Source of the DNA: an uncultured delta proteobacterium
Lineage (GTDB): Bacteria > Desulfobacterota > Binatia > UBA9968
Direction: 5' to 3'
Assembly (NCBI GenBank): GCA_963804165.1
Contig: CAWDPO010000023.1
Location: 64,001-128,000 of the forward strand
DNA: 64,000 nucleotides
Shown: positions 11,369-22,862 of the stretch, piece by piece
Layout of the letters: each line of letters starts with the position of its first letter
Numbering within the stretch: position 1 is the stretch's first letter
Made by a program: the position numbers and the translations under genes
The notes under the pieces: generated by a model
Seen by the model: only the letters and a program-made list of their open reading frames with translations
Told to the model about the DNA's origin: nothing
The model's database searches: none

Positions 11369-11405
11369 TTTACCCCCTGTGGCTGAACTGGAAGATTTAT
11401 TACAG

Positions 11406-11765
11406 TCAATCGACGAGACGCACTCCGGCCGGCCAAAACACTAAAACGATCGTCTCACCGATCGCCCGCGGCGTGTGTACGGAATGGGGATCCAAGAATA
11501 CAACATCGCCCTTTTCGTACTCGCCTGTCTCGTCGACAATCTTGCCCTTGAGTACTAGATAGAATTCGCCGCCGAGATGCTCATGCTTGACGAACGCGTC
11601 GGGCGAAGCATCGGCGGCGATCCGGTAAAGCACCAACTCTCGCTGCCCTTCGCGCGCGAGACGCGACATAGACAGACCATTGCCGAAGTCGCGCCACTGC
11701 AGTCGGGTGAGAGCGTCAGCGTGCAAATCGATGGTCAGCAAGTCATTGAGCGACCGGCGCAACAT
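11406..11765 (-). CDS. Cupin-domain protein (ChrR-like)
   Basis: HEH.GGE.YLVLKG...DE.G.Y..GD...P.SVHTP cupin motif. Confidence 0.8.
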   Translation of the reverse strand: MLRRSLNDLLTIDLHADALTRLQWRDFGNGLSMSRLAREGQRELVLYRIAADASPDAFVKHEHLGGEFYLVLKGKIVDETGEYEKGDVVFLDPHSVHTPRAIGETIVLVFWPAGVRLVD

Positions 11766-11971
11766 GGCTTCCCCGCGTTGATTCACCGGGCTTAATTATC
11801 ACGACTATGCGCCGAACAAAAGTGCGCACAAATGCGAGCTAATCCGCGTAGAGCTATGTCGCCGATGGACATAATTTTCAGCGAAACACTCTGGGTCGCA
11901 CCGCAACCGCGTCTCCGAAAAAATCCGAGAGGCCCTGAAGCCGCTTGCGAAGCGCCACGGTCGCCCGCGCT

Positions 11972-12559
11972 TTACTTTGGAGCGGACGCGGTTGGAGATG
12001 TTTGCGGCAAAGCCGGCAGCGGCACCTGATTTTTCACCGGCGGCAAGCTTTTGAGATATGCCCAGATGGCCTTTAAATCAGCGTCCGTTAGATCCTTCAT
12101 ACTGAACCAAGGCATCGGCGGCAGAATGTCGCGGCCGTTCGGCTGGCCCTGATGCTTGCCGGTTCGGGCCATTTGTATAAACATTTCCTCGCTCCATTCG
12201 CCAATTCCGGTGGCCTTGTCCGGGGTCAAATTGATCGCAAAGCTGACGCCCCACGGCCCCGCCCACGCCGTGAGCGAGCCGTTTGCCGCCGCCACAACGC
12301 CCTTTGTTTGCACATCCTCCGGCGACCATGACGGCGCCGGCATACTTTCCGGATGGCCGGAAAGCAGCTTCGACGTCTCAAGCGCCGGCACGCCGTTCGA
12401 ACCCGGGATCTTTGGCGTGTGGCAGTCGTGACAGCCGCCGAACGTGACTAAATATTTTCCTCGTTCAACCGGAATTTGATTAGCGGTCTGCGCTCTTGAG
12501 CACGCCATAAGCGTCAAACTCATCAGTAGAATGGCAAATGTCTTCTCACCTCGAAACAT
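11972..12559 (-). CDS. Exported c-type cytochrome (single CxxCH, resembles cytochrome c-553-like family), possible lipoprotein
   Basis: Signal peptide ending LMAC, ERGKYLV..GGCHDCHTP, NLTPD..TGIG.W, PPMPW, DLKAIWAYLKSLPP. Confidence 0.85.
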   Translation of the reverse strand: MFRGEKTFAILLMSLTLMACSRAQTANQIPVERGKYLVTFGGCHDCHTPKIPGSNGVPALETSKLLSGHPESMPAPSWSPEDVQTKGVVAAANGSLTAWAGPWGVSFAINLTPDKATGIGEWSEEMFIQMARTGKHQGQPNGRDILPPMPWFSMKDLTDADLKAIWAYLKSLPPVKNQVPLPALPQTSPTASAPK

Positions 12560-12782
12560 TCGATTTCCCCCCGGTGGAAATATTTCATTTACGATTGGAA
12601 CTGCGACGACGATTGCGGGTGATGACGTGACTACCGACGAACTCCAATGCTGCTCCGGCACCCGAACAATCAAAAAGTTTCGCTTCAGAGTCTGCACATT
12701 TGAATGCCTTCTTTCGGCATTCGTGAGAGATGTTCTCGCCTTGTTTGCTTCGAACCAGCCCCACTCCTCAGCAAAAACGGAA

Positions 12783-12821
12783 ACAGCCCGCCGGATCGTT
12801 TTTGGATCGCCGGCGGGCTGT
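12783..12821 (-). terminator. Intrinsic terminator after rplQ
   Basis: 12-bp stem acagcccgccgg/ccggcgggctgt followed on minus strand by TTCCGTTTTT. Confidence 0.75.
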
Positions 12822-12846
12822 CGAATAAGCCTCTATCAATTAAGTT

Positions 12847-13293
12847 CTATGCCGCTGCTTCTTGCGGCGCCTGTGCCTGCCTGCGGCGCGCCCGGCGGCT
12901 TTTCTTGGCGCCGCCCTTGGCCTCTTGTTTTTCGCTCTCCGCGCCGACGAGCTCGATCACGGACATCTGCGCAGCGTCGCCGCGCCGGATGCCGATCTTG
13001 ATGATCCGCGTATATCCGCCCGGACGATCCTTGAAACGCGGCCCGATCGTGTCGAACAACTTTCGCACCACGGCTTTATCCTGAACGATGCTCAATGCCT
13101 GGCGGCGCGCATGCAAACTTCCCTGCTTGCCGAGAGTAATCACACGGTCGACCCAGCGGCGCAGTTCCTTGGCTTTGGGATCCGTGGTTCGGATCTTCTC
13201 TTCGCGCAGCAGCGACGTAATGAGGTTTCGCATCAGAGCCCAGCGATGGGCCGAGTTGCGGCTGAGTTGTCTCCCCGACTTCAAATGGCGCAT
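12847..13293 (-). CDS. rplQ: 50S ribosomal protein L17
   Basis: [12 protein letters not shown]...[10 protein letters not shown]; basic C-terminal tail. Confidence 0.97.
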   Translation of the reverse strand: MRHLKSGRQLSRNSAHRWALMRNLITSLLREEKIRTTDPKAKELRRWVDRVITLGKQGSLHARRQALSIVQDKAVVRKLFDTIGPRFKDRPGGYTRIIKIGIRRGDAAQMSVIELVGAESEKQEAKGGAKKSRRARRRQAQAPQEAAA

Positions 13294-13296
13294 GGC

Positions 13297-14325
13297 TTAG
13301 ACCGGCTCCTTCTCGGCGGCGCGCTTGCGCGCGTCGATCTCTTCGCGCGACGGGAAATGATCGATTTTCATGCCAAGTTCGAGCCCCATCTCCTTGAGAA
13401 TTTCCTTGATCTCGTTCAGCGATTTGTGACCGAAGTTCTTGGTCCGAAGCATCTCCTGTTCGGTCTTTTGCACCAATTCGCCGATATATTTGATGTCGGC
13501 GTTTTGCAGGCAATTTTGCGAGCGCACCGAAAACTCGAGTTCGTCCACGCTGCGAAACAAATTTTCATTCAACGGGATTGCCGGACCGTCATCCTTCTTC
13601 TCGGCGCGCGGCTCCTCTTGAAAATTTACAAAAATGCTAACTTGATCCTGGAGAATCTTGGCGGCGTAAGCCATGGCGTCATCCGGCTTTACGCTGCCGT
13701 CAGTGTGAACCTCAAACACCACACGATCATAATCCGTGCGCTGCCCGACGCGCGCGTTAGCCACAGTAAAATTCACCTTTTGGATCGGCGAAAAAACCGC
13801 GTCGATAAAAATCGTATCGACGGGCGCGCCTTCTTCTTTATTCCGTTCCGCGGGAACATAACCGCGTCCCAGCTTGACCAGCAGCTCCATTTCAAGTTTG
13901 GCATCGCGCGACAACGTGGCGATTTTGTGCTCGGGATTTAAGATCTCGACACTGGGTGGCGCCAGCATGTCTTTGGCGTAAACGACGCCCGGTCCCTTGG
14001 TATCGATGCGCAGGGTTTGTTGTTCACTTTCGTTGAGTCGCAACCTAATTTCCTTCAGGTTCAGTATAATATCAGCGACATCTTCGGTGACGCCGGCGAC
14101 CGTCGAGAACTCGTGCAAGATACCTTTGATGCGTACGGCGACGATCGCGGCGCCCATCAGCGAAGAAAGCATAATGCGCCGCAGTGAGTTGCCGATGGTT
14201 TGGCCGAAGCCGCGTTCGAACGGCTCGGCGTAAAACTTGCCGTAGGTTGAGGTCAGAGTTTTCTCTTCCACCTCCAATTGTTTGGGTTTGATTAGATCCG
14301 TCCAATGCTTATACATTGTCGACAT
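13297..14325 (-). CDS. rpoA: RNA polymerase alpha subunit
   Basis: [17 protein letters not shown], alpha-[15 protein letters not shown]. Confidence 0.98.
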   Translation of the reverse strand: MSTMYKHWTDLIKPKQLEVEEKTLTSTYGKFYAEPFERGFGQTIGNSLRRIMLSSLMGAAIVAVRIKGILHEFSTVAGVTEDVADIILNLKEIRLRLNESEQQTLRIDTKGPGVVYAKDMLAPPSVEILNPEHKIATLSRDAKLEMELLVKLGRGYVPAERNKEEGAPVDTIFIDAVFSPIQKVNFTVANARVGQRTDYDRVVFEVHTDGSVKPDDAMAYAAKILQDQVSIFVNFQEEPRAEKKDDGPAIPLNENLFRSVDELEFSVRSQNCLQNADIKYIGELVQKTEQEMLRTKNFGHKSLNEIKEILKEMGLELGMKIDHFPSREEIDARKRAAEKEPV

Positions 14326-14345
14326 AGCGTCTCCCAAGTTCGATC

Positions 14346-14972
14346 TCACTTCGAATACAATTCGACGATTAGTTTTTCATTGATGGGCATCGTGACGTCG
14401 CCCCGCGTCGGCAATAGTTTGATTCTGCCGCTGCAAGCTTCACGGTCGACCTCGGTCCAGTCGGGAACACCACGCCGCTGGGCGCCTTCCATGGACGACT
14501 GCACGCGCACGAGTTGGCGGCTCGGCTCTTTCACTGAAACTACATCGCCCGCTCGAACGGTGTACGATGGAATGTTGATCTTTTTACCGTTAACCAGAAT
14601 ATGCCCGTGTCGAACCAAGGTTCGAGCCTCGGCGCGCGAGCTGGCAAAGCCTAGGCGGTACGCGACGTTGTCGAGCCGGCGTTCTAATAGGATCAGTAAA
14701 GTCTCACCGGTGATGCCTTTGGTGCGCGAGGCTTCGGCGAAAGTGCGGCGAAATTGTTTTTCGAGCAAGCCATACATCCGCTTCACTTTTTGCTTCTCGC
14801 GCAGCTGAATACTGTATTCAGAAAATTTGGGTCTGCCTTGACCATGCTGTCCCGGAGGATAGTTTCGTCGTTCGATGGCGCACTTGTCCGTATAGCAGCG
14901 CTCTCCCTTGAGAAAGAGCTTCATATTTTCGCGCCTGCAAAGCCGGCACACAGAGTCGGTATATCTAGCCAA
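14346..14972 (-). CDS. rpsD: 30S ribosomal protein S4
   Basis: TTG start after GAGG; [29 protein letters not shown]. Confidence 0.97.
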   Translation of the reverse strand: MARYTDSVCRLCRRENMKLFLKGERCYTDKCAIERRNYPPGQHGQGRPKFSEYSIQLREKQKVKRMYGLLEKQFRRTFAEASRTKGITGETLLILLERRLDNVAYRLGFASSRAEARTLVRHGHILVNGKKINIPSYTVRAGDVVSVKEPSRQLVRVQSSMEGAQRRGVPDWTEVDREACSGRIKLLPTRGDVTMPINEKLIVELYSK

Positions 14973-14992
14973 TCGTATTCCTCCTCTAATCG

Positions 14993-15433
14993 TCAAACCC
15001 GTCGTCGTTTTGGCGGACGACACCCGTTATGGGGGATCGGCGTAACGTCTTTGATCAAACTGATGTTAATCCCCGCGGACTGGAGCGCGCGCAACGCCGA
15101 TTCTCGCCCCGCCCCCGGACCCCGGACAAAAATCTGCACGCTTCGTAAGCCATGATCCATGGCCTTTTTCGCCGCGCTGTCGGCCGCTTGCTGGGCCGCG
15201 AAGGGCGTTCCTTTGCGCGATCCCTTGAACCCCATTGCACCAGCGCTCGACCAGGAAATGACGTTGCCTTGGTAATCCGTGATCGTTACGATCGTGTTGT
15301 TAAACGTCGAGTGAATATGCACCACGCCTTCGGCGATGTTTTTTCGTCCACGTTTTTTCCGCGCAGCGCGCTCGCTCGCTTTTTGGTCCGCCTGTCCTTC
15401 AGTTTTCTGCTTTTCGTCCGTGGCATCCGCCAT
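14993..15433 (-). CDS. rpsK: 30S ribosomal protein S11
   Basis: [25 protein letters not shown]. Confidence 0.97.
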   Translation of the reverse strand: MADATDEKQKTEGQADQKASERAARKKRGRKNIAEGVVHIHSTFNNTIVTITDYQGNVISWSSAGAMGFKGSRKGTPFAAQQAADSAAKKAMDHGLRSVQIFVRGPGAGRESALRALQSAGINISLIKDVTPIPHNGCRPPKRRRV

Positions 15434-15450
15434 AATCAACTCCTATTCAC

Positions 15451-15834
15451 TTAACCTTTGGATGGTGCTGTTTTCTTGCCCGCGACCGTCTTGCGCGGTC
15501 CCTTACGGGTGCGCGCATTCGTATGGGTGCGCTGGCCGTGCACCGGTAAATTTTTACGATGGCGCTGGCCACGATAGGACCCCATATCAAGGTGGCGCTT
15601 GATATTCGCAGTGACATCGCGCCGAAGATCCCCTTCGACCTTGTAACCCTGTTCGAGAACTTGGCGAATCTTCGCCACATCATCATCGCTCAGGTCGTCG
15701 CTCTTCAGATCCAATGAAATGCCGGCCTTTGTTAGAATCTCTCGCGACGAGCTTCGCCCGATGCCGTAAACATACGTCAACGCGATTTCCATTCTTTTGC
15801 TCTTCGGTAGATCTACACCCGCGACACGTGCCAT
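15451..15834 (-). CDS. rpsM: 30S ribosomal protein S13
   Basis: [23 protein letters not shown]. Confidence 0.97.
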   Translation of the reverse strand: MARVAGVDLPKSKRMEIALTYVYGIGRSSSREILTKAGISLDLKSDDLSDDDVAKIRQVLEQGYKVEGDLRRDVTANIKRHLDMGSYRGQRHRKNLPVHGQRTHTNARTRKGPRKTVAGKKTAPSKG

Positions 15835-15904
15835 ATTCTCACTCCCTTCGGAATCTCAAAAGCTTAAAACTCGCGGACAAATCACAACGTTGCGCTAAGT
15901 ACGA

Positions 15905-16018
15905 TTAGCCCTGTCGTTGCTTATGCTTGGTATTCTCGCACTGGATTCGTACCACGCCCTTGCGGCGAATCACTTTGCATTTACTGCAGATTTTCTTAAC
16001 CGATGCCCTGACCTTCAC
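15905..16018 (-). CDS. rpmJ: 50S ribosomal protein L36 (zinc-ribbon type; below ORF-track size)
   Basis: Manual translation [37 protein letters not shown]. Confidence 0.96.
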   Translation of the reverse strand: MKVRASVKKICSKCKVIRRKGVVRIQCENTKHKQRQG

Positions 16019-16033
16019 GATTTCTCCTATGTT

Positions 16034-16252
16034 TTAACGTTCCCGGAAAATGATCCGTCCCCTGGCCAAGTCATAGGGAGAAAGCTCGATCTTCACTTTG
16101 TCGCCGGGAAGTATTTTGATGTAGTGCATACGCATCTTGCCGGAAATATGAGCCAACACTTTATGGCCATTGTCCAACTCGACCCGAAACATCGCGTTGG
16201 GCAGCGTTTCCAAAACTGTTCCTGTGACTTCAATGGCATCTTCTTTTGGCAT
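16034..16252 (-). CDS. infA: Translation initiation factor IF-1
   Basis: [11 protein letters not shown]...LAHISGKMR. Confidence 0.98.
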   Translation of the reverse strand: MPKEDAIEVTGTVLETLPNAMFRVELDNGHKVLAHISGKMRMHYIKILPGDKVKIELSPYDLARGRIIFRER

Positions 16253-16284
16253 AGGAAATTCGACCGCAGCGCTTCTCCTTACGG

Positions 16285-17043
16285 CTAGAGTTGACTCAAA
16301 ATATACGGCCCGTTTTTTGTTATCGCTACCGAATGCTCGAAATGGGCGGCTAAACTACCATCTTTCGTTACCGCGGTCCAACCGTCCTCCTTTATCTCAA
16401 CTTCGTAGCTTCCGGCGTTCACCATCGGTTCGATCGCCAGGACCATACCTTCTCTTAGACGGAGGCCACGGTCGGGTTCGCCGTAATTTGGCACCGGCGG
16501 TTCCTCATGCAATTTCTTGCCGATCCCATGCCCAACGAACGCTCGCACCACCGAATAGCCCGCGTTTTCGGCGATCCGTTGAACCACTGCTCCCAAATCG
16601 CCTAATCGCTTGCCGTCGACAAGTTCCTCAATTCCCCGGTACAACGATTGCTCCGTGACATCCATCAGCCGCTGCGCTTCCTCGCTCACCTTACCCACCC
16701 CGACGGTAATCGCCGAGTCACCGTAGAAACCTTCGTAAATGACTCCGTAATCCAGACCGATAATGTCGCCTTCGCTAAGCGCCCGGTTCGAGGGAATCCC
16801 GTGAACAATCTCATTATTGACCGACGCGCATAAACAACGGGGATAAATCCGACCCGCCACGTTATAGCCCTTGAAGGCGGGAACCGCGTTTTTTTTGAGC
16901 GTGAATTCTTCGGCAATGGCATCCAACTCCAAGGTCGTCACACCGGGGGCAACGTGTCTTTTTAGCTCCTGCAGGACTTCCGCGACGATGACGTTAGCTC
17001 GTCTCATGATCTCGATTTCTCGAGCCGACTTGAGCGAAATCAC
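16285..17043 (-). CDS. map: Methionine aminopeptidase type I
   Basis: VHGIP, GHGIG..LHEEP, AIEPM, AHFEHSV. Confidence 0.97.
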   Translation of the reverse strand: MISLKSAREIEIMRRANVIVAEVLQELKRHVAPGVTTLELDAIAEEFTLKKNAVPAFKGYNVAGRIYPRCLCASVNNEIVHGIPSNRALSEGDIIGLDYGVIYEGFYGDSAITVGVGKVSEEAQRLMDVTEQSLYRGIEELVDGKRLGDLGAVVQRIAENAGYSVVRAFVGHGIGKKLHEEPPVPNYGEPDRGLRLREGMVLAIEPMVNAGSYEVEIKEDGWTAVTKDGSLAAHFEHSVAITKNGPYILSQL

Positions 17044-17047
17044 GTCG

Positions 17048-17704
17048 CTACACCTTCAAGGCCTGGATGATCCGCGCGCGGATCTCGTCAACGTCCCCGA
17101 CTCCGTCGATTTCCCGCAACACCCCTTGCCCCTGATAATAATCGACCAAAGGAGCAGTTTGATCTTCATAGACCTTGAGGCGGTTTGCGATCGTCTCCTC
17201 GCGGTCATCGTCGCGCTGGTAAAGCGCGCCACCGCAGCGGTCGCACACGCCCTCTTTCTTAGGAGGTGTGAATACCACATGAGAGAGAGCGCCGCATTCT
17301 CGACAAGTCCGGCGGCCAGCGAGTCTTTCAATTATAACGTTATGGGGTACCCGGACCGACAACACGGCGCTGAGGCGGATCCCACTTTGATTGAGAATCG
17401 CATCGAGGCTTGCCGCTTGGGGGATTGTTCTCGGAAATCCGTCTAGGATAAATCCCTTTTCGCAGTCCTTCTCCTTTAACCGCTCCGCGACCAAGTCGAC
17501 GATCACGCTGTCCGGCACTAAAGCGCCGCGATTGATATATTCCGACGCCTCCCTGCCCAGTGGCGTCCGCTCCGCCACGGCCTTACGTAAGATATCACCG
17601 GTCGAAATCTGGCATGCAGAAAATTCTTCCTCCAGAAGTTTTGCCTGAGTCCCCTTCCCTGCTCCCGGCGGACCCAGCAATACGACGCGCGTACCTGCGG
17701 CCAC
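17048..17704 (-). CDS. adk: Adenylate kinase (Zn-LID type)
   Basis: GPPGAGKGTQA, LDGFPRT, CRECG...CDRCG. Confidence 0.97.
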   Translation of the reverse strand: MAAGTRVVLLGPPGAGKGTQAKLLEEEFSACQISTGDILRKAVAERTPLGREASEYINRGALVPDSVIVDLVAERLKEKDCEKGFILDGFPRTIPQAASLDAILNQSGIRLSAVLSVRVPHNVIIERLAGRRTCRECGALSHVVFTPPKKEGVCDRCGGALYQRDDDREETIANRLKVYEDQTAPLVDYYQGQGVLREIDGVGDVDEIRARIIQALKV

Positions 17705-17706
17705 GC

Positions 17707-19017
17707 TTAGCCTCTTCTTCCGCGCAACCGCCCCCGCTTCATAAATCCTTCGTAATTGCGGGTGATCAAATGAGTTTCCATTTGCGCCACGGTATCCAAC
17801 GCTACACCGACGACGATCAACAGCGCCGTGCCGCCGAAATAGAAAGGCACATTAAACTGTCTGACCAACAGGGTTGGCAGAAGTGAGACGATACACAGGT
17901 AAATCGCCCCGCTCAAAGTGATCCGTGACAACACTCGCTCAATGTATTCGGCGGTCTTTTGCCCAGGCCGAATACCAGGAATATATCCCCCCGCCTTTTT
18001 CATATTCTCCGCGACGTCGCTCGGATTGAACACCACGGCCGTGTAGAAGAAAGCGAAAAAGATGATCAGAATAATGTAGACCAAATCATGCAGCCAAGTG
18101 CCTGGCGCCAGCGCCCCGGAAGCCGTTTGTACCCACGGGTGATTGGCAAATTGCGCCAATGTCGCCGGAAAAATCAGGATCGACGACGCAAAAATTGGCG
18201 GTATCACGTTAGCGGTGTTGATCTTCAGAGGCAGGTGTGAAGTCATGCCGCCGTACATTTTGCGGCCCACGACGCGCTTGGCATATTGCACCGGGATGCG
18301 TCGTTGGCCCCGTTCCACAAAAATAATCGAGCCGACGACGAGTACGCTCAAAACGAGAATCAGCAAAGCCACCAAAGGTCCTAGCTCACCTTCACGCATG
18401 AACTGCAAAGTCGTGGTCACCGCCGATGGCAGCCGTGCGACAATGCCGGCAAAAATGATCAACGAGATTCCGTTGCCGATACCGCGCTCGGTGATCTGTT
18501 CTCCGAGCCACATGATAAAGGCGGTGCCTGAGGTCAACGTGATCACGGTCATCAACCGGAATGACCAGCCGGGAGTCAACACCAAACTATGGCCACCTGA
18601 AATTTGCGTGCCTTCCAACCCGACGCTGATCATAATCCCCTGAATGATCGACAACACCACGGTGCCATAACGAGTGTATTGGGTGATCTTGCGCCGCCCG
18701 ATTTCGCCTTCCTTGGATAGTCTTTCCAAATAGGGAAAAACCACCGTCAGTAGCTGCAAAATAATCGACGCGCTGATATAGGGCATGATGCCCAGCGAAA
18801 ATACCGAAAACTGCTCCAGCGCACCGCCGGAAAACAGATTCAGAAACCCGAACAAGGTGTTTTTTTGCTGATCGAAAAACGCCGCCATCGCTTGTCGGTC
18901 GATGCCCGGCGTCGGCACGTGCACGCCCAGGCGATACACCGCCAGCATGCCCAACGTGAATAACAGGCGGCGGCGCAGCTCGGGAATGCGCGAGGCGTTT
19001 TGAAAACCGTTAAGCAT
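17707..19017 (-). CDS. secY: Preprotein translocase SecY
   Basis: [33 protein letters not shown]. Confidence 0.98.
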   Translation of the reverse strand: MLNGFQNASRIPELRRRLLFTLGMLAVYRLGVHVPTPGIDRQAMAAFFDQQKNTLFGFLNLFSGGALEQFSVFSLGIMPYISASIILQLLTVVFPYLERLSKEGEIGRRKITQYTRYGTVVLSIIQGIMISVGLEGTQISGGHSLVLTPGWSFRLMTVITLTSGTAFIMWLGEQITERGIGNGISLIIFAGIVARLPSAVTTTLQFMREGELGPLVALLILVLSVLVVGSIIFVERGQRRIPVQYAKRVVGRKMYGGMTSHLPLKINTANVIPPIFASSILIFPATLAQFANHPWVQTASGALAPGTWLHDLVYIILIIFFAFFYTAVVFNPSDVAENMKKAGGYIPGIRPGQKTAEYIERVLSRITLSGAIYLCIVSLLPTLLVRQFNVPFYFGGTALLIVVGVALDTVAQMETHLITRNYEGFMKRGRLRGRRG

Positions 19018-19465
19018 GAACTGCGATCAATTCCGCTTTGCCGCCCGCCGCTTCGATTTTCTCTTTGGCCGACGCCGAAAAGCCATGGGCCTTGACCGTC
19101 AATGCGCGCGACAGCGAACCTTCGCCGAGAATTTTTACCCGCCGGTTTTTACCGGCGATCAAGCCATGCGCCGCCAAGTTTTCCGGGCCGATCTCGCTGG
19201 CTTCGGCGAGCGCTTCGAGTTGACTTAAATTAACCACCGCCATTTGCACGCGGAAAATATTGTGAAAACCTCGCTTCGGCAAGCGGCGTTGCAACGGCAT
19301 CTGACCGCCTTCGAATCCCGGCTGGACGTTGCCCCCCGAGCGCGCGCCTTGGCCCTTGTGGCCGCGGCACGAGGTCTTGCCGTGTCCGGAGCCGTCGCCG
19401 CGTCCGACGCGCTTGCGTTTCTTGTTCGAGCCGGGCGCCGGCTTTAAATCTTCGAGTCTCATCAT
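19010..19465 (-). CDS. rplO: 50S ribosomal protein L15
   Basis: [21 protein letters not shown]. Confidence 0.97.
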   Translation of the reverse strand: MMRLEDLKPAPGSNKKRKRVGRGDGSGHGKTSCRGHKGQGARSGGNVQPGFEGGQMPLQRRLPKRGFHNIFRVQMAVVNLSQLEALAEASEIGPENLAAHGLIAGKNRRVKILGEGSLSRALTVKAHGFSASAKEKIEAAGGKAELIAVHA

Positions 19466-19968
19466 TAACGAATCTCCGCCAATACTTTGCCGCGCCGGTC
19501 GGCAATTTCCTCCGGAGCGCGCAGTTCGCGCAAGGCTTCGATTGTGGCCTTGACCATGTTATGCGGGTTGTTGGAGCCGATGCATTTCGTCAATACGTTT
19601 TGAATCCCGGATGCCTCCACGACGGCGCGAACCCCGCCTCCGGCAATCACGCCGGTGCCGTCCGACGCCGGCTTGAGAATCACATATCCCGCGCCGTATC
19701 GACCCGTCACTTCGAACGGAATGGTGCCGTCCATAACCGGTACTCGTATCAAATTCTTCTTGGCTTGCTCTAAGCCTTTGCGGATCGCCTCCGGCACTTC
19801 ATTCGCCTTGCCCATACCGTAACCGACCAGCGAGCGGCTGTCACCGACGACGACGAGAGCGCTGAAACTGAAGCGGCGCCCGCCTTTGACAACTTTAGCC
19901 ACTCGGCTGATGTGAACTACTTTTTCCTTGAGATCCAATCCTTGCGCATCAATCCGTTCCAAAGGCAC
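19465..19968 (-). CDS. rpsE: 30S ribosomal protein S5
   Basis: [22 protein letters not shown]. Confidence 0.97.
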   Translation of the reverse strand: MPLERIDAQGLDLKEKVVHISRVAKVVKGGRRFSFSALVVVGDSRSLVGYGMGKANEVPEAIRKGLEQAKKNLIRVPVMDGTIPFEVTGRYGAGYVILKPASDGTGVIAGGGVRAVVEASGIQNVLTKCIGSNNPHNMVKATIEALRELRAPEEIADRRGKVLAEIR

Positions 19969-19989
19969 CTCTCGTTTCGCGAGTTGACG

Positions 19990-20352
19990 TCAAAATTCCA
20001 ATCCGCCTTCACGGGCGCCATCGGCCAAGGCCTTCACCCGTCCGTGGAAAAGAAAACCGTTGCGGTCGAATACGACTTTGCTGATATTTTTTTGCTTGCA
20101 AACTTTCGCCAGCGCGAGACCGACCTGCTTGGCCACTTCGACACCTTTGCTCTTTTCAGCGGCGCTCGCGAGCTCGCCCGCGAGCGTAGATACCGCCGCC
20201 AAAGTTTTTCCCTGAGTGTCGGATATGACTTGGGCATAAATATGCTTGTTGCTGCGAAATACGCACACCCGTGGACGTGCATCCGTGCCAACGACTTTGC
20301 GGCGAACGCGCACCTTGCGGCGCAGCCTTGCGATATCTCCCCGTCTATTCAT
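19990..20352 (-). CDS. rplR: 50S ribosomal protein L18
   Basis: [25 protein letters not shown]. Confidence 0.97.
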   Translation of the reverse strand: MNRRGDIARLRRKVRVRRKVVGTDARPRVCVFRSNKHIYAQVISDTQGKTLAAVSTLAGELASAAEKSKGVEVAKQVGLALAKVCKQKNISKVVFDRNGFLFHGRVKALADGAREGGLEF

Positions 20353-20373
20353 GATCTCGGATTCCTCAACGCT

Positions 20374-20925
20374 CTATTTTCCACTCGCCGAACCCACTGC
20401 CTTGCCCGCTTTGCGCTTAATAAACTCTTCGCGATATTTAATTCCCTTTCCCTTGTACGGCTCCGGCGGCCTGAGGTCGCGGATCTTTGCGGCCGTTTCG
20501 CCGAGCAACTGGCGATCGGCGCTGCTGAGCGTGATGATGATCTGGCGTTCCACTGATGCCGTCACCCCCTGCGGCAGCGGAAAAACCACCGGATGGGAAT
20601 AGCCCAAAGTCATGTGGACCTCTTGACCCTTAACTTCGGCCCGATAGCCGACGCCGTTGATATCCAGCACACGGTTAAATCCCTGACTCACTCCCTGGGC
20701 CATGTTCGCGATGAGCTTTCGGGTAAGCCCGTGCAGCGCGCGGATCTTGCGATCATCGAGCTGGCGCTCGACGCGCACGACATTGCCGTCGACTCTCACT
20801 TCCACGCCCACAGGAATCGCCGTTTGAAGTTTTCCCTTGGGACCCTCCAAGCGAACACCACTTGGGTCGACCGCGACCTTCACGCCTGCGGGAATGGTTA
20901 CCGGTAATTTTCCAATACGTGACAC
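20374..20925 (-). CDS. rplF: 50S ribosomal protein L6
   Basis: MSRIGKLP, RPPEPYKGKGI. Confidence 0.97.
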   Translation of the reverse strand: MSRIGKLPVTIPAGVKVAVDPSGVRLEGPKGKLQTAIPVGVEVRVDGNVVRVERQLDDRKIRALHGLTRKLIANMAQGVSQGFNRVLDINGVGYRAEVKGQEVHMTLGYSHPVVFPLPQGVTASVERQIIITLSSADRQLLGETAAKIRDLRPPEPYKGKGIKYREEFIKRKAGKAVGSASGK

Positions 20926-20943
20926 CTGACACCTCGACTCGAA

Positions 20944-21348
20944 CTACCACACCGAGCAAATAAGTTCTCCGCCGACCTTGGCTTTTTGAGCTTCCCGGTC
21001 GACCAGTATTCCTTTGGGGGTCGAAAGAACATGAATCCCCAAACCCTTGCGAACGGGCGCCAAGGCCTTTGCGCCGACGTAAACCCGGCGGCCCGGCGAG
21101 CTCACGCGTTTCATTCCCACAATGATCGGCCGACTCTCGCGGTCGAACTTGAGTTGAATGACTATTTCGTCGCCGCCGCCGAGCGCTGCCTTAACCTTCT
21201 TCTGGTCTTTCAGATAGCCTTCTTGAATTAGAATTTTTACAATGTTCTCTTTCAAGCGCGACCATGGAACGGCGACTCTCTGGTGCCGTGCTCGTGACGC
21301 GTTTCGTATCCGCGTTAGCAAGTCCGCAATCGGATCCGTCATTCCCAT
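20944..21348 (-). CDS. rpsH: 30S ribosomal protein S8
   Basis: DPIADLLTRIRNA, STPKG, GGELICSVW. Confidence 0.97.
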   Translation of the reverse strand: MGMTDPIADLLTRIRNASRARHQRVAVPWSRLKENIVKILIQEGYLKDQKKVKAALGGGDEIVIQLKFDRESRPIIVGMKRVSSPGRRVYVGAKALAPVRKGLGIHVLSTPKGILVDREAQKAKVGGELICSVW

Positions 21349-21363
21349 GATTCTCTCCGTAGC

Positions 21364-21549
21364 CTACCAACTGGCCTTAATGAGTCCGGGGATATGGCCT
21401 TTACGCGCGTGATCGCGCAGGCAAAGCCGGCACATGCGAAAGCGCCGGTAAAAAGCTCGCGCCCGACCGCAAAGGGGGCAGCGATTGTACTCTCGCACCT
21501 TAAATTTGTTCGGCCTTTCAGCCTTGATTCGAAGACAGGTCTTGGCCAA
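21364..21549 (-). CDS. rpsN: 30S ribosomal protein S14, short zinc-binding type Z
   Basis: 61 aa, CPLCGR...CRLC, IPGLIKASW. Confidence 0.96.
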   Translation of the reverse strand: MAKTCLRIKAERPNKFKVREYNRCPLCGRARAFYRRFRMCRLCLRDHARKGHIPGLIKASW

Positions 21550-21569
21550 TGGAAGTCTCCCTCTCTCGA

Positions 21570-22109
21570 CTAACTGGCGAACGGCATGCCCATCAGTTTG
21601 AGCAGCGCACGACCTTCCTGGTCCGTTTTCGCCGTGGTTGCTATCGTAACCGTCATGCCGCGCGATTTTTCAACTTTATCAGCGTGAATTTCCGGAAAAA
21701 TGATCTGCTCGCGCAAACCCAAGGAGTAATTGCCCCGGCCATCAAACGAGCGATCCGACACTCCCTTGAAATCGCGCACCCGCGGCAACGCCACGTGAAT
21801 CAAGCGGTCCAAGAATTCATACATGCGCTCTTGGCGCAATGTCACCATGCAGCCGATCGGCACGCCCTCGCGCAGTTTGAAATTCGCGATGGCCTTTTTC
21901 GCGTGCGTGACTACGGGTTTTTGCCCGGTGATCAAGGTAATCTCGGCGACCGCCGCGTCGACAACTTTGACATTCTGCGTCGCCTCGCCCAAACCGACAT
22001 TCAATGTGATCTTCGACAGGCGCGGCACTTGCATGGAGTTCTTATAGCTGAACTCCTTCATCATGGCCGGGACAACATCACTCTTATATTTGGTTTTCAA
22101 TCGTGCCAT
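21570..22109 (-). CDS. rplE: 50S ribosomal protein L5
   Basis: [21 protein letters not shown]; start at MARLK. Confidence 0.97.
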   Translation of the reverse strand: MARLKTKYKSDVVPAMMKEFSYKNSMQVPRLSKITLNVGLGEATQNVKVVDAAVAEITLITGQKPVVTHAKKAIANFKLREGVPIGCMVTLRQERMYEFLDRLIHVALPRVRDFKGVSDRSFDGRGNYSLGLREQIIFPEIHADKVEKSRGMTVTIATTAKTDQEGRALLKLMGMPFAS

Positions 22110-22119
22110 GGTCGCACCA

Positions 22120-22437
22120 CTAATCCAAAGCCTCTTTGCAGCGGCGGCAGATTCTGATCTTTTTCCCATCGCCGAGAATCTTCCGACCGATCCTTACCGG
22201 CGCGTTACATTTGTCGCACAGGATCATGATATTGGAGGCATGAATCGATGCCTCTTTTTCGATGATCCCGCCGGGCTGTTGCGGACCGCGCGGCTTGGTA
22301 TGCCGCTTGACCATATTGAGTCTTTCGACGATGACCGCATCTTCGTCCGGCAGAACTCGGAGCACCTTGCCGGTTTTGCCGCGTTCCCTACCGCCGATCA
22401 CCATCACGCTGTCGTTCTTACGAATCTGCACGAGCAA
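22120..22437 (-). CDS. rplX: 50S ribosomal protein L24
   Basis: KOW motif [24 protein letters not shown]. Confidence 0.96.
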   Translation of the reverse strand: MLVQIRKNDSVMVIGGRERGKTGKVLRVLPDEDAVIVERLNMVKRHTKPRGPQQPGGIIEKEASIHASNIMILCDKCNAPVRIGRKILGDGKKIRICRRCKEALD

Positions 22438-22455
22438 CTTCTCCTCGATGTCCGA

Positions 22456-22824
22456 TCAGAGCACTTCGGGCGCGAGGGAAATAATTTTCATGAACTTCTT
22501 CGCCCTCAGCTCTCGCGCCACCGGTCCAAAGATACGCGTTCCGATGGGCTCTTTTTGATTATCAATCAATACCGCCGAATTGTTGTCGAAGCGAATGTAA
22601 GTACCGTCGGGCCGGCCCAATTCCTTAGCCGTGCGCACAACAACGGCTTTCATGACCTCGCCTTTTTTAACTTTGCCGTTGGGGATAGCTTCCTTGACGG
22701 AGACCACGATAATATCGCCAATTGAGGCGTATTTGCGTTTGCTCCCTCCCAGAACTTTTATGCACTGCACACGCCGTGCGCCGGAATTGTCGGCCACATC
22801 TAATGTCGTTCGCATCTGAATCAT
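22456..22824 (-). CDS. rplN: 50S ribosomal protein L14
   Basis: [20 protein letters not shown]. Confidence 0.98.
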   Translation of the reverse strand: MIQMRTTLDVADNSGARRVQCIKVLGGSKRKYASIGDIIVVSVKEAIPNGKVKKGEVMKAVVVRTAKELGRPDGTYIRFDNNSAVLIDNQKEPIGTRIFGPVARELRAKKFMKIISLAPEVL

Positions 22825-22862
22825 GGATCAACCTCGACGTCCTTGCTACCTACGAGCGACAC

